Of a stretch of 64,000 bases of DNA, positions 21,818-37,061 are shown in pieces (the stretch's first letter is position 1; the number at the start of each line of letters is the position of its first letter). The notes below the pieces were generated by a model. The model was not told the DNA's origin. It did no database searches and saw only the letters and a list, made by a program, of their open reading frames with translations. Origin of the DNA: Spirogloea muscicola (Eukaryota); contig WELB01000006.1 in the NCBI GenBank assembly GCA_009602725.1, positions 404,687-468,686 on the forward strand, read 5' to 3'. Both the position numbers and the translations under genes were made by a program.

Positions 21818-23640
21818 AAAAGAAGAACAGCTCTTCCAATTTACGGCAATGGCTGTGAGAGGCCAGCCCAAACGAATGTACAGGGCTCTCCTAAGGAAAC
21901 ATTCGTGTATTGAAACAGACGAAGGCCAATGGTCAAGTACACAGGTAAGCACATCCAATTACCAACATAATCCACAGCAGATTGACCCGCTCAGTAACCA
22001 CGGGTCAAAACATGAAGGTCGCTAATCGATGCCTGAATACTAGATGTCAGATACGAAGCCCTTCTGCCACCAACTAGAGCTCGCCCAGCTTTCTGGTGCA
22101 AAGCTTTAGCCTGAGCACGCTGCAAACAGGCCGAAACTCGTCATTGCAAGAACGACAGATATGCAGCTGGCAAGCCCATCTCAACCGGAGACACATCTGC
22201 ACGTCCTGTGTAGCCTAGATTGGCAATATTCTGAAGGAGAGTATGGAAACGAGGACCCAAACAGCCAAGGATGTCGACTGCCGCTGGCAAAAGATGTCGA
22301 CTGCCGCTGGCAGGAGCTGATCCTATGGGCGGTAATCGGAGTAGTGCTGCAGCTTTCTTTGTTCTGCACCGTCCACTGCGTGGCCGGCGATGTGTGTCGA
22401 TGCTGGACCTTCATACGCCTCCGTAACAACAACATCGACCAAAGCCCGTTGTCCTCCACCAGGTTGAACCCCCACAATGTCAAGTATAAAGGTCCTAAGT
22501 CAAGTGTAAAGGTCCCCTCCCAAGGGGTGCGAGGGCTGTGAAAAGCCAGCCCATGAAAAAATGGATCAAAGGACGAGAAGGGGCCAGGGGAAGCACCAAG
22601 GAAAACAAGCACAGCAGGAAAACAAAGCAGCTACGAAGCACTCAGTAACCCCTGCTAAGCAGCGCCAGGTCAGAGAGACTGGGTTACCTGGAAGCGGGTC
22701 CCCTGGCCAGAGCCAGAAGAAGAAATGCGGCTGCTGATATTAAAGGATCGGCTGTAAACTGCCAGCCAGATGCATACAGGTGTTTATGCCGGAGCCAAAG
22801 CAGGAAGCGCGGCCAGATTGACTGGTGGCTGGGAAAGGCCAGCCCCAAAGGAATGGACAAGGTCTGAAGGAGCCGGAGTACGAAGGACTAGGCCTTAGAC
22901 ATCAGCCAGGGAACGCTCAGTAACCTCTGGTCAGGAGATTCTAGTCTGAGTAGCTAGCCGGCGGAAAGACGTCGCCCTGACGGAAGCCGGAGGCCGCCGC
23001 CAAAGCTCGCGCCAAAGGCTAGCCAGACAGGGCGCCCTCAATACTCCCAGAGCCAGAGGAGGGAGGCTCTCAAAAAGGGGGAGGGCTATGATAAGCCAGC
23101 CCAGAAAAGTGGACAAGGTCCAAAGCGTCCCCCTGTTGGAACGTGGAGGCAGCAGCTAAGGCGCGGCCTGCTCGGCAGTGCAAAAGCCAAGGAACGCTGC
23201 AGAGGAAAGTTGGCTCTTTCCAGGGGGCGAGGCTGTGAAAAGCCAGCCCATAAACACCGGACAAGGTCCAAAGTCACACAGGTATGCTGAAAGGAGATAG
23301 AAATAGCAAGGCGCATTCTGTACACCCGAGCAAGCGACCTTATGGCCTTGTCAAGTCTCGGGCTGGCTGCTCACGGCCGTTGCCCCCCTTGGGAGAGCCA
23401 CTTCTCCATGGCGCCACTTCTCCAGTCAATCTGGCCGCGCTTCCTCCATGGCGTTTGAAGCCGGGCAGATCGCTCTGTTGGAAATTCCAAGAGACGTAAG
23501 GGGCTCTTCTTCCGAACGAGGCGAGGGGCTGTGAAGAAGTGGCTCTTCCCATGGGGGCCAAGGGCTGTGAAATGAAAGAAGTGGCTCTCCCAATGAGAGA
23601 AGGCGCGCGGGGCGCATGCCAATGGGGGAAAGGGCTGTGC
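21818..23640 (+). repeat. Cluster of a dispersed modular repeat (core GGCTGTGAAAAGCCAGCCCA, often followed by TGGACAAGGTCC)
   Basis: Diverged copies of the core at 21851, 22534, 22750, 22827, 23084 and 23231, with partial copies at 23527 and 23563. All are on the + strand, in the MNS5-ATP2 divergent intergenic region. Confidence 0.75.
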
Positions 23641-24133
23641 TCAGAGACAATGAAGCACACACCGTGCAGAGGAATCTAGCTAGGTGTCTCCGCTTGAGCT
23701 GGTCCAATCGAAGCCGTCGGTCATCTGCTTGACGGCTGGGATCTCCTGTGATCGAGCTGTGCTGTCCCCGCTCCGCTAAGAAATGGGCAACAGCCCGACA
23801 CGGGCTTCTCTCGGCGAGAGCCTCGCCTCGGATTGGGCAGCGGCGTGGGCCAATGGCGGGCTTCCCAGGTTGCCGATGAAATAATCCCGCCGGGTAATTG
23901 GTAAATAGAGCAGGAAGGGGCCTTCCAGAAAAGGGCGATTGCTGTGATTGACGGAAAGACTCTCTTCCAACCCAGATAGAAAGAATTAGTGAAGGGGAAG
24001 AATTTAGAAAATTCGAAAAGGGGCCAGGAAAAGGGTACCTAATAATACCACAGCGCCACCGGGCGCCAGTAGCTTAGTTAGCTAGCTCCCCGCACCTCCT
24101 GCGACCGCGGCGGCGGCGGCGGCGGCGGCGGCC

Positions 24134-27527
<3,394 letters not shown>

Positions 27528-28198
27528 TAGACGTCCCGCACCTGTACCCCAGACCCAGCCCCTTAACTCTAAATTCCACCATCGCCCTTACCAACATTGT
27601 GCAGGACTCTCTGACTGCAGCCCCTGCTCTCGCTAATTCTTACACAAACTCGCCTTTCCTGTTGGCGGAGCATAGAGGGAGGCTGGTGTGCACAATATAT
27701 GCCAATAAGTCCCCTTGTTGGCCTGCAGACCTGCAGAGGCCGAAGGCACAGGAGCCTGCAAATTCGGGGAAGCAGGGGCAGGCCACCGCTGCTATGAGCA
27801 ATTAATTTACTGAAGTCAGAGCTCATTGGAAGCACCCAGATAAAATTCGGAAGTTCTCAAGCAGTGACGTGGGGGTTGTATTTCACAAGCTGGTGTACCA
27901 CTAGACCACCTCTAGGTGGTCTGGAGTGGGTAACTGTACTTCCTGCAATGACTGCAAGAGCAGAGCAGCAGCAGATGTGGAAGCAAGTGGTGAGGAGGAG
28001 GAACTAATGTTCAAGCCTAGTTCTTGTGGTAATGAAAGCAGAGTCCGATGAGCAACGGGCCGAGGCAAACAATGCTTCCTCGACAAAAGTAGGAATGATG
28101 GTAGTGGCGTCGCCAGCAGTGGTGATGGCGATGGTGGGTGCAGAAGCAGCTACATAGTAGACCTGCTGGTCAAGGCCAGCTGCCCAAGTGCCCGGCAC

Positions 28199-31100
28199 TC
28201 ATGATTCCCAGCGGTTCCACCAGTTGTTTGGCTTGGCATTACCAGCTGTAACACCGGCAAACATTGCATTTGTGCCTGAGGTCATTGTGAGTTCTGCACC
28301 ACTTCTAGCATTGACATAGATGGCGGTGATGACTGCTGATTGGCAATGCTGGTATTGGCATTAACGTCAATACCAGAGCGCCAGCATTAGCGTTAGCTCC
28401 TGCTATTTGGGGAGGTGCGAGCTACTCACTAGTGAGGGAGTCGAGGCTGCTGGAGGCGGTGCGCTCGAGCTTGCGCTTGATGCGGAGCGCCGATGCAAGC
28501 GCGTTGCGCTGCAGCGTCGACTTGCGCGCCTTCCGCTCCCGCTGCTGTGGCGCATGGCACAGATTGCCAAAGGGCCCAGCATCAGCACAAGCAAGTTGAC
28601 TGCTGAATGAGCATCAGAAGAGGAAAAGGATGAGGCATAGGGTTCTCATGATAGTATATCAGCAGAGAAATACGACAACGGACGGTGCAAGTTAGAAGAG
28701 ATGTGACGACGAGGAAAGTCAGGAAGGTAAGAGGAGGAGCTGTGGAGGAGGAGAGCAGGAAGAGGAGGAGGCTGAGGGGCGGGAATTACGCGGAGGCTCT
28801 GGAGTTGGGCCTCGCTCATGGCGCCTGTTTCGCCAGACTTGGAAAGGTAGCCAAGCATCCTCTGCGTGAAAGCAGTGTTGTCGCGCTGCAGCAGGCGCAG
28901 CACCGCCACCCGCACCGCCTGCAGCAGCGGCAACCCGCCTGGCGCCAGGAACGGATGTGCCAGCGCCAACCCCGCACTCACCTGCGGCAGCAGCCCCCGA
29001 AAACGAGGAGACGAGTCAGGGAGGAGAGGAAAGGGTGGCACAAGAGAGGAGGATGAGGAGGGGGGCCAGCGAAGATGGATCACATCGAAAGTGGACAAGG
29101 ATTATTAAAGGAGGGGGGAGGAAGGAAGGAGAGGGGGAGCAAGAAATGGAAGGAGGAGGATGGCAGAGTGCTCGCAGAGGCAAGGAGCGGAGGGGGAGGG
29201 AGGGAAGACGAAGAAAGGGTAGGAGAGTGGCCAGGTACCCGCTGGCGGCCCTTAAAGCGCATCATCGACTGGAGGAGGTCCCAACCGGCGCCGCCGTCGG
29301 CCTCGAGCAGCTCGAAGCCGTGCTGCATGTCAGCACCGGCGCGCTTCTCGCAGGCCTCGCGCCACACTGCGAGGTCATAGTTGCACCGTTTGAACTGCCG
29401 GTTGAACTGTATCAGCGCACTGTCTGACCGCAGCGACGGGAAGACCTGCAGGCACGGCGCGCAACATTTGCAAGCAGAGACAATCCTGTTCAGACATTGG
29501 CATAAGGAGGGAGAATCTGAAGGAGTAAAAAGGGGGGGGGGGAATGGGGAGGGAAGGCAGGAGAAAGCAGGGAGGAATGAGTGAAGGAAGGACAAGGAGA
29601 GGGTATTTAGAGCGTCGACAGGGCTTGGATGAGGGAAGGGGAAGGAGGGGGGGAGAGGAGATGGAAGAGGAGGAGGAGAAAATGCAGGTCCAGAGTTAGA
29701 GGTGATGTACTGGGTAGGACAAGGAGATGCCAGGGGGGAGGAGGTAGGGGGAGAGGGAACAATGGACAGCAGCGAAGAGAAAGCAGAAGCAGGAAAGCAT
29801 ACCATCTGCAACAGGATGAGACCCGCGCTGTAGACGTCAAAGCGGTCAGGAATGTTCATCTGGGCAGCGTCCCAGGCACAGCAAGCGCTGCTGATCAGCA
29901 CTACACGTCGTGGCTCTCAGTGCCAAACGCGACAACCCAGCATCAATTGCAATGAAGAAGGGAGGCGGAAGGTGGAGCTATTTTGTGAAACATACCTGCC
30001 AGAGGACTGGGGAGAGGGCGGTGGCCACGGCTGGCGGCGGCGCCGCCGGCGTCTGGGTGCTCATGATGTACTGCTCTGGCGCAGCATACCTGCGGACACA
30101 GCGGCGCGAGGCAGCTCAAGAGAGATGGAGAGGGGATTGGCAGATTGCCTAAGGAGGGGCGCATGCAGCGAGCACGAGGGGTGAGGAGCAAAAAGGAGGA
30201 GGAGATAAGTGGGATAGGAGACAGTATGGTGGGGGAGGCAGAGGAGGAGGACAGGAAGAGGGCAAGAACGTGGCAAGCGGGTGTGAGCCAAGGGCTGAGA
30301 CATACACACTAAGAGGCACAGACACACAGATAGGGGGTAAGGAAGGGGGGAGGGATTGAGGGTGGGAAGGGAAGCAGGGGGAAGAGAGAGTGAGAGGTGG
30401 GGAGTGAGGGTATAAGAGAGAGAGCATTAAAAGAGAGCATTAACCACCTGGGGTCCAATAGGAACTCGCGAGGAACATAATTGATTCCAACGCGCAGATC
30501 TGCAGCTGCGCCTAGGTCGATGATCTTCAGCGCGCCCGTCTCTGTCAAAGCGCCGGACCCCGCGCGTACCCACCATTGCCAAGTCAGTGAAAGAAAAGAG
30601 CGAAAGGGATGAAGGGAAGTGCGATCATGGCACTATGATCGAGGGGGACGTAGAGTGGTGAAAAGGAGGGGTAAGGAGAGCTGATGGCAAGTGTTGCGTA
30701 TATCAATGTTGTGTATATCAACTTCACTGGTCTTTAGTTGAAGATAAGAGGGAAACTAATGAAGGTAAGAGGGAGATTGCTTGTTGTATAATAAGGATAC
30801 ATTGACGAATTTCTATACAAGCATACAAATTACTCATGAGGGCTGAGAAGGAGACTAGAGAGGGGGGCGGAGACAATAAAGGAACAGAGAAAGAGAGAGG
30901 GCAGGAGTAAGTGGACATGTAAGAAGGGGAGGGAGGGAAGAAGGAGGTGGGGGCAAGCACCCTGGCAGAGGATGATATTCTGGGGCTTGATGTCCCGGTG
31001 GACGATGCCTGTGGCGTGCAAGCGCGCGAGGTTGGCGAGGATCTGCCGCATAAGCTCCCGCACGACGGCCAGCTCCCGCGCCTTGCCGCGCGGCGACGCC

Positions 31101-33204
31101 TGCGCGCGCCCCAGCACTGCTGCCTCCACCTGCGCACCAACAGCATGTGACCTGCCCAATACAGTACGCCCAGCTTGAACCCTGTAGGCAAGCTGCTGTG
31201 CACGGTGCATCCCCTCCCCATCACTCCGTCCTCTTACGCTACTCTTACGAAATTTACCCCTGTGCTTTTAAATCAGTGTAGGATAAGGGCAAGGAGACTA
31301 GCAGTAGTATGAAGATCTGCAAAACAGTAAAGAGCGGAGATGCTAGAGGAGGGAAGGAGGCAGCCAAGTGGGTTGGGGTTGAGGTGAACCGAGACAAGGT
31401 AGAGAACCAAAGAGCGAGTACATGGGGTGAAGTAGGAGGAGGGGGTAGGCGAGAGGATGATGAGGTGAGGAGAGGAGGGAGAGAGCATCAGGGGGGACGA
31501 GTACAGGGAGGGAGGAGGGGGCCCCCTGAGAGAGGAGGGAGGGGCAGACGGTGAAGATGAGGAGGAGGGAGGATGGTATCCCTGTCGAGATAGGAGGAGG
31601 AAGGGGTCAGCGACGGCAAACGCACATTGTAGGGAAAGTCCTTCTGGTTGAGCACGGAAGCGAGCGTGAGGTCGCCCTCGTACTTCCAGACCAGCCAGAA
31701 CTCGTCGTTACGCCCCTTGGTTGGCTGCGTTGTCATCATCGCCCGTCCGTCAGCAGCGGCCAGAGGTCCGCGCAAGGATAAGGCAGGTATACACAAGAAT
31801 GTGTGGTGGAGGTATGAGGGAGCGTGAGAGGCGGTGACAAATGTTGCAGGTGCACAGAGGGAGGAGGGAGGGAGGGAAGGCAGGTGGGGTTGCAACCTCC
31901 AGAAAGCCGTAGATATAGTCGGCGCAGGAGCTGGCGCACGCGCGGCGCACACGCTCGTTCATCCATATCTCCACCGCGCCGAATTCGTTAGCCCGTTTCA
32001 CCACCAGCTCCTTTGGCTGCGCGAAGGCAAGGAGGGCATGACTCTTCCTCTCGACAAGTGGAACAGGAGCAGCGGCAGGAGCGGAGGGGAGCAGCCCGAA
32101 CCTTGCCAGGGGGCGGGTTCGCGAACGTCGCCTTGTACACGGTGCCGTAACCGCCCTCGCCGAGCTTCTTGCCCAGCACAAAGTCCTCCTGCAGGGGCCG
32201 AAATGGACATCGGCCAGCGGCATCAGCGCCTCCAGGGCGGAAGACAACGGCCAGAGCAGCCGTGGCGTTGGGATGACGTGTTGACCGGAAGCAGCAGCAG
32301 AAGAGCCAAGAGCATCCGGTGACGGTCCAAAGGATGGGGGAAGGTGGGACCCGGGAGGCGAGAGCTCCCAGAAGAGAATGCGGCTGCTGATATATCAGAA
32401 GAGCGGCTGTAAAAGCCAGCCAGGTGCTTACAGAGGGTGTACATGACCATATCAGCGGAGCCACAGACTAGGCAAACAGGGCGCTCTTAGGACCCCAATG
32501 ATAGAGGAGGGCTAAGCTTCGAAGCTGGATGATGCGTGCGCGGCTGGTAAGGCGGGCAAGGCCGCCTGTTATAAAACAGGCACTTAAGCGGCACGAATGG
32601 TTATGAAGGTGGGAATGGTGGATGCAATGGGAAATGAGGGAAATGAGGGAAATGAGGGAAATGAGATGAATGGGGCGAGAGCAGGACCTTGCGGTAGGAC
32701 GGGCGGAGGCGGTTGTCCAGCGGGCCGAGGAGGAACATGTCCCAGAAGCCCGGCGCGACGCCTGGCGTGGCCCACAGGTAGCCCGCGGCCAGCGCCGCCA
32801 GCGCCGCGCCGCCGGCCGTGAGGTGGAACGGCTCCCTCGCCTGGCAGCCAAGGGGAGAGCGGTTAGCGGGAATTAACCGATAAATTATGCGGCTATTGAT
32901 ATTAATGGAGCGGCTGTAAATGCCAGCCAGGTGCTTACAGAGGGTGTTAATGACGATATGACGGAGCCACAGGCTAGGCAGCTAGGCAGGGCGCAATTAG
33001 TCCCCGAAACAGACCTTGAGGCGATAATTGCGGTGCAGGTGAGAGTTATGGGCCGGGTTACCGGCAGCGTGGCGCGGTAGATCACGTCGCCGCACTCCAT
33101 GACCGTGCACGGGAGGCCGACGCCGACCGCCAGCATCGCGTGAAGGTCCCACGCCGTCGCCGCCGCCGCGCCGCCACGCCCGCGGCCCGCCCGCCGCGGC
33201 AGGC
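28199..33204 (-). CDS. STN7: State-transition thylakoid Ser/Thr kinase (STN7/STT7). Multi-exon; transit-peptide start lies in the N gap.
   Basis: [101 protein letters not shown]-terminal WWNRWES* (stop 28199-28201). Confidence 0.95.
32378..33005 (+). repeat. Two diverged ~120-bp copies of one element in adjacent STN7 introns
   Basis: 32378-32496 and 32887-33005 share ATGCGGCT..TGATAT...GAGCGGCTGTAAA.GCCAGCCAGGTGCTTACAGAGGGTGT..ATGAC...CGGAGCCACAG.CTAGGCA...CAGGGCGC..TTAG..CCC. A third partial copy is at ~22725-22800. Confidence 0.85.
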
Positions 33205-33260
33205 NNNNNNNNNNNNNNNNNNNNNNNNNNNNNNNNNNNNNNNNNNNNNNNNNNNNNNNN
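33205..33260. other. Assembly gap (N run) covering the 5' ends of STN7 and the GT47 gene
   Basis: Run of N flanked by divergent coding sequence. The true gap is probably longer than shown. Confidence 0.9.
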
Positions 33261-36200
33261 TCGGGCGCTGCGGCGCGGCTGCTGTCGGTGCTCCTGCTCG
33301 CGCTCTGGCCGTTCTACGTGCGCTGGGCCAGCTCCCTCAGCTGCCACCTCGCCCACCGCGGCGGCGACGTCCGCGGCGGCAACTCAAGTGTCGCCGCCAA
33401 AGACGGAGCCGGCGAGCAATTCATCTACGTCTACGACCTCCCATGCCGCTTCCATGCCGGTGGGGTCCGACGCTCCTCCTCGCCCTGCATAGTGGTGGCC
33501 GTTGCGGCGGCGATGGCCCACAGAAGCTGACGCCGAGCGTGCTGGGAAGGTGCAGACCTGCTGCTGCAGCGGCCGCGCTGGCACGCGGCGCAGTACGACA
33601 TGGAGCAGTACGTGCACGCAATGCTGGACCGCAGCAACGCCGTGCGCACCACTGACCCCGAGCGCGCCACGCTCTTCTTCCTGCCCATCTACGCCGCGTA
33701 CCACGTCGACCTCATCTGCAACACCAAGGTCGCGCACCCCCTCGCAAGACGCCCACCTGCCGAGAAATTTGTAGCACAAGGACAGACGACTGCGGGACAG
33801 CTTGATGCAGCGCTTCGCCAAGCTGCAGCAAGCATTCCAATCTATTGGTTAATCTTGTTCCTTTGCTCTTAAGCTCTACATTTGCTACAGTAAGCCTGAG
33901 AACCGTTGTGCAGTGCAGGTTGGCGAGGACGTAAACATGCACGAGGCCGTGGCCGCCACCGGGGGCCTCATCAGCGACGCGCTCCAGCTCGTCCAGGAGG
34001 AGCACCCGTACTTCCGGCGCCGCAACGGGCGCGACCACTTCCTCGTCACGTCCCACGACCACGGCCGCTGCTCCGCCCTCACATTTGTGGACCCCAAGCT
34101 CTACGGCGAGGTTCGTCTGCAGTGTCCTCGCCCCCTCCAGTCCCCCCACCCCCTTTCCTTCTTTCCTCCCCCCCTCACCATGATCTCCTCCCTCCTTGCT
34201 TTCATTCTCAAATACAAACACTTGCCCTGTATTCAAAGCAAATATCCTCTTGACCCTTCAATCCTCCACCCAATACCAACACCCTCCTTTCCAACCGAGA
34301 ACAATGCACTCTCCTTCCCTCAACTCAAGATCATTGCCATTCCATCTTGCTTCTTCTCTCATTCTCCCAGCTTTCCTTAGCCTACGGGCCCGCTAGGCCT
34401 GACACACCGACCTTAAAATCCTTGCACACGATATAGATCAAATCTAAATTGTTGAGTGTGTGCTTCTTAGAGTTGTGGAGGCCATGCTAGCAGCCAGGGT
34501 TTAGGAATTTGATGCCTCTTGATGCAAGTGGGGCCCTAAGCCAGCACCAGCCACGACCGCATGTGGGGGTGCAGTTGTTTACGTTGCAGCTAAGTGGCGA
34601 CCAACGGACATCAAGCCGCATGGGCCATCCGCAGCTCGGCATCCGCTACATCGCTTACAACCCAAGGTCTCAATACAGCAATGTCAAGGTCTCATCCGCC
34701 ATACCCTTCTGCTGCTACGTTCATTCCAGGGCACAGGCTCAGGTGCTTGCAACAAGCGTATAGGGCACCCTTTCTCAAGCAGAGCGTTGCGCACACCTGA
34801 GTTACGAGCTGAGACAAGCCTCTGTATTGTGCTGAGGCCGTCAGGTGCCGCATGTCCCGTGCTACATCCCTGGGCACGACATTGTCGTCCCAGCCATGAC
34901 CAATCTTGAGATCAGCGAGCCTGAGTGGAACCAGCGCGCCATCGACCTCGTCGGCAGGTTCGGAAAGGAATTCGAGGTGAGGACAGAGTGCATCGCCTGC
35001 TGAGTGCAAGTGCTTGGTGGTCTCCGCTATCACATCCTTATTGCTCTTCATAAGGAGATGATTGTGTCAAGCTCTGACATGTTGGGATGGCTGGCGCTCT
35101 AGGGCATGGCGACCATGCACCATGGGCACTCGGTGCGGCGGGAGATCTACGACGTATGGCGGGAACGGCAGATAGTTGGGTGGAGCCTGCGGAAGGCGAC
35201 GGACGATGGCACGGTGTCGGATATGAAGCACGCGAAGTTTTGCGCCTGCCCGCCGTCCCTCTCTCAGGTGGGCGTCACTGCCCATCTTCAGCACTCTGTA
35301 GACGACGTCCATCCATGTTATCTTCAGTGATAGGTTAGTGTCTTCAGAGATAGGATAGTGTGCAAAAGGGTGCAGGAATATCAGGTCTCAACGACGGGCT
35401 TAGTGGCTAATATGAGAGTTGGGAGTCAACCCCATGCATTTAGTAGACTACATGCTGGTCTCTGCTCGCTTCTATCAAAGAAAGGGTGGGGATAAGCACC
35501 TGCTGCTAGCCGAGGCTGGATGGACAGATATGGTCATGCATGTTGCGTGACTCGGGCTGGCTGAGGAGTGCCTCGTCCCTGGTCCCTGTCCCAGCCACAA
35601 ATTTTCTTTGGCCACTGCAGACCCGCCCGTCTGGCCCTGCATGGCCCCGCCTTTGTTAGGACTCAGTGAAGAGCCTATGTTGGGCCTCGGTTAAGAGCTG
35701 GGGTGGTGCGTGCTTGCCGGCTTAGGAGCCTTGCATGCTTCCTGGCCAGATGGAAGCAGGCAGGGCCGTTTGCGCTTCTCAGCACTGGCCCTAACCAGGG
35801 CCTGCAGTCCGCAGCCCAAAACCGTGAGCAGAGGTGCCTGCGCTGGTACCCACAAGAGTGCACGAGGCTCTAAGGCTGTCGGTTCGAGTGCTGTGGGGTG
35901 CAGTGGCCCATGAGTCTGGTTGCCCTCTCATCAGTGTCGCTCCACTTGTGTATACGTAGAACTTCTACTACTGAACCTTCACAATCTGTGAACCTCAAGC
36001 TTGTCTGCACTAACCGCTGCCTGCATCAAGATGCATGCGGCTGCGGAAGACAGTACAACAAGTGACCCACACCCTTCTGTCGCCTGCAGTGGACGAGCCA
36101 CCTGGCGAAGGCAGTGCTGTTGGGGTGCATCCCTGTGCTCTTTTCTTCAGACCATGACCAGCCGTGGGAGGACGAGATCGATTACCACTCCTTTTCCATC

Positions 36201-36618
36201 ATGATTCGGCCATCCGAGGTGGCTACTTTGCCCGACCGCATTGACACCGTGCTGAAGGACGAATTTCGTTACAAGGCCATGAAGGTGAGCTGGGCAGTCT
36301 TCAGCCTTGTACTTGGCAACCACGCAGATAATGCAATGATGCTGCAAATACTCAGACCTTAAGAAAAGACCTACTGCAGCTATCAAAAGGACATTAAAGA
36401 CCACCTAAGACCAGAAAATAAGCCTTGCCATTTGGCAGGAGGCTTTGCGGAGCGTGCAGCACCGCTTCCTGTACAACCAAGCAGCGGACAGGGGCGTCCA
36501 TGTTTACATTCTTCAAGAGTTACAGAAACGTGCCAAGCTGCTTCGCAGTGGCAGAGATCATTCTGCTTGGAAGCTCAGGCGGCAGCACAAAAAGCTCAAG
36601 ATTCGCCAGCGCCGCTGA
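33261..36618 (+). CDS. Exostosin-family (GT47) glycosyltransferase. Multi-exon; start lies in the gap.
   Basis: N-terminal TM anchor, then FIYVYDLP, QYDMEQYVH, RTTDPERATLFFLPIY, PYFRRRNGRDHF..SHDHG, PGHDIVVP, AKFCACP, AVLLGCIPV, PWEDEIDY. TGA at 36616-36618. Confidence 0.88.
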
Positions 36619-37061
36619 GCAGACTACCTGACGCCCGTTGTGTGCACCAATTGCTTATTCCCTCCATTGCTTATTCCCTTCAGGGTAAGGTTGTGCTGAA
36701 CTAGGCTTGGCCAAGATGGCGCCCTCTTGCGTTTCTTCAGCTACGGTTAAGAGTTGCGCCCAACTGACATACCTTTGCATGCCCAGAGTCTGTCTCTAAA
36801 GTGATTCCTGCTGCTGCCATCCCTTGTGGAGCTTGTATTAGCTGAGAAGTTCAACTGGAAGTAACAATTCTCCCGTGCTGTAGCTTACAAGGCACCCCAG
36901 GAGTAAGTCAGGCATATCAAGTGTCATCATTGCTATCTGATACGCAGGTGAGACTGGAGTTCTAGGCTTCTGTATTTCCATTGCCAGTCTCCTACGTAGA
37001 AGGATGAGAATGAACTAAATGTACAGGAGTAAAAATGTATTCAGACCAAGTGTCCTCAGGA

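Noticed and set aside
22269..22312. Short local tandem duplications (also ~7808-7852, 32628-32664, 62795-62825)
   Set aside because: Ordinary slippage products in non-coding DNA with no evident functional consequence.
21818..23640. CRISPR array interpretation of the repeat cluster
   Set aside because: The repeats are diverged, spacing varies from under 100 to several hundred bp, there are no cas genes, and the context is a eukaryotic spliced genome.
23830..23860. Site II (TGGGCC) and CCAAT motifs upstream of ATP2
   Set aside because: Plausible, but these short motifs are common in GC-rich DNA and cannot be supported from sequence alone.
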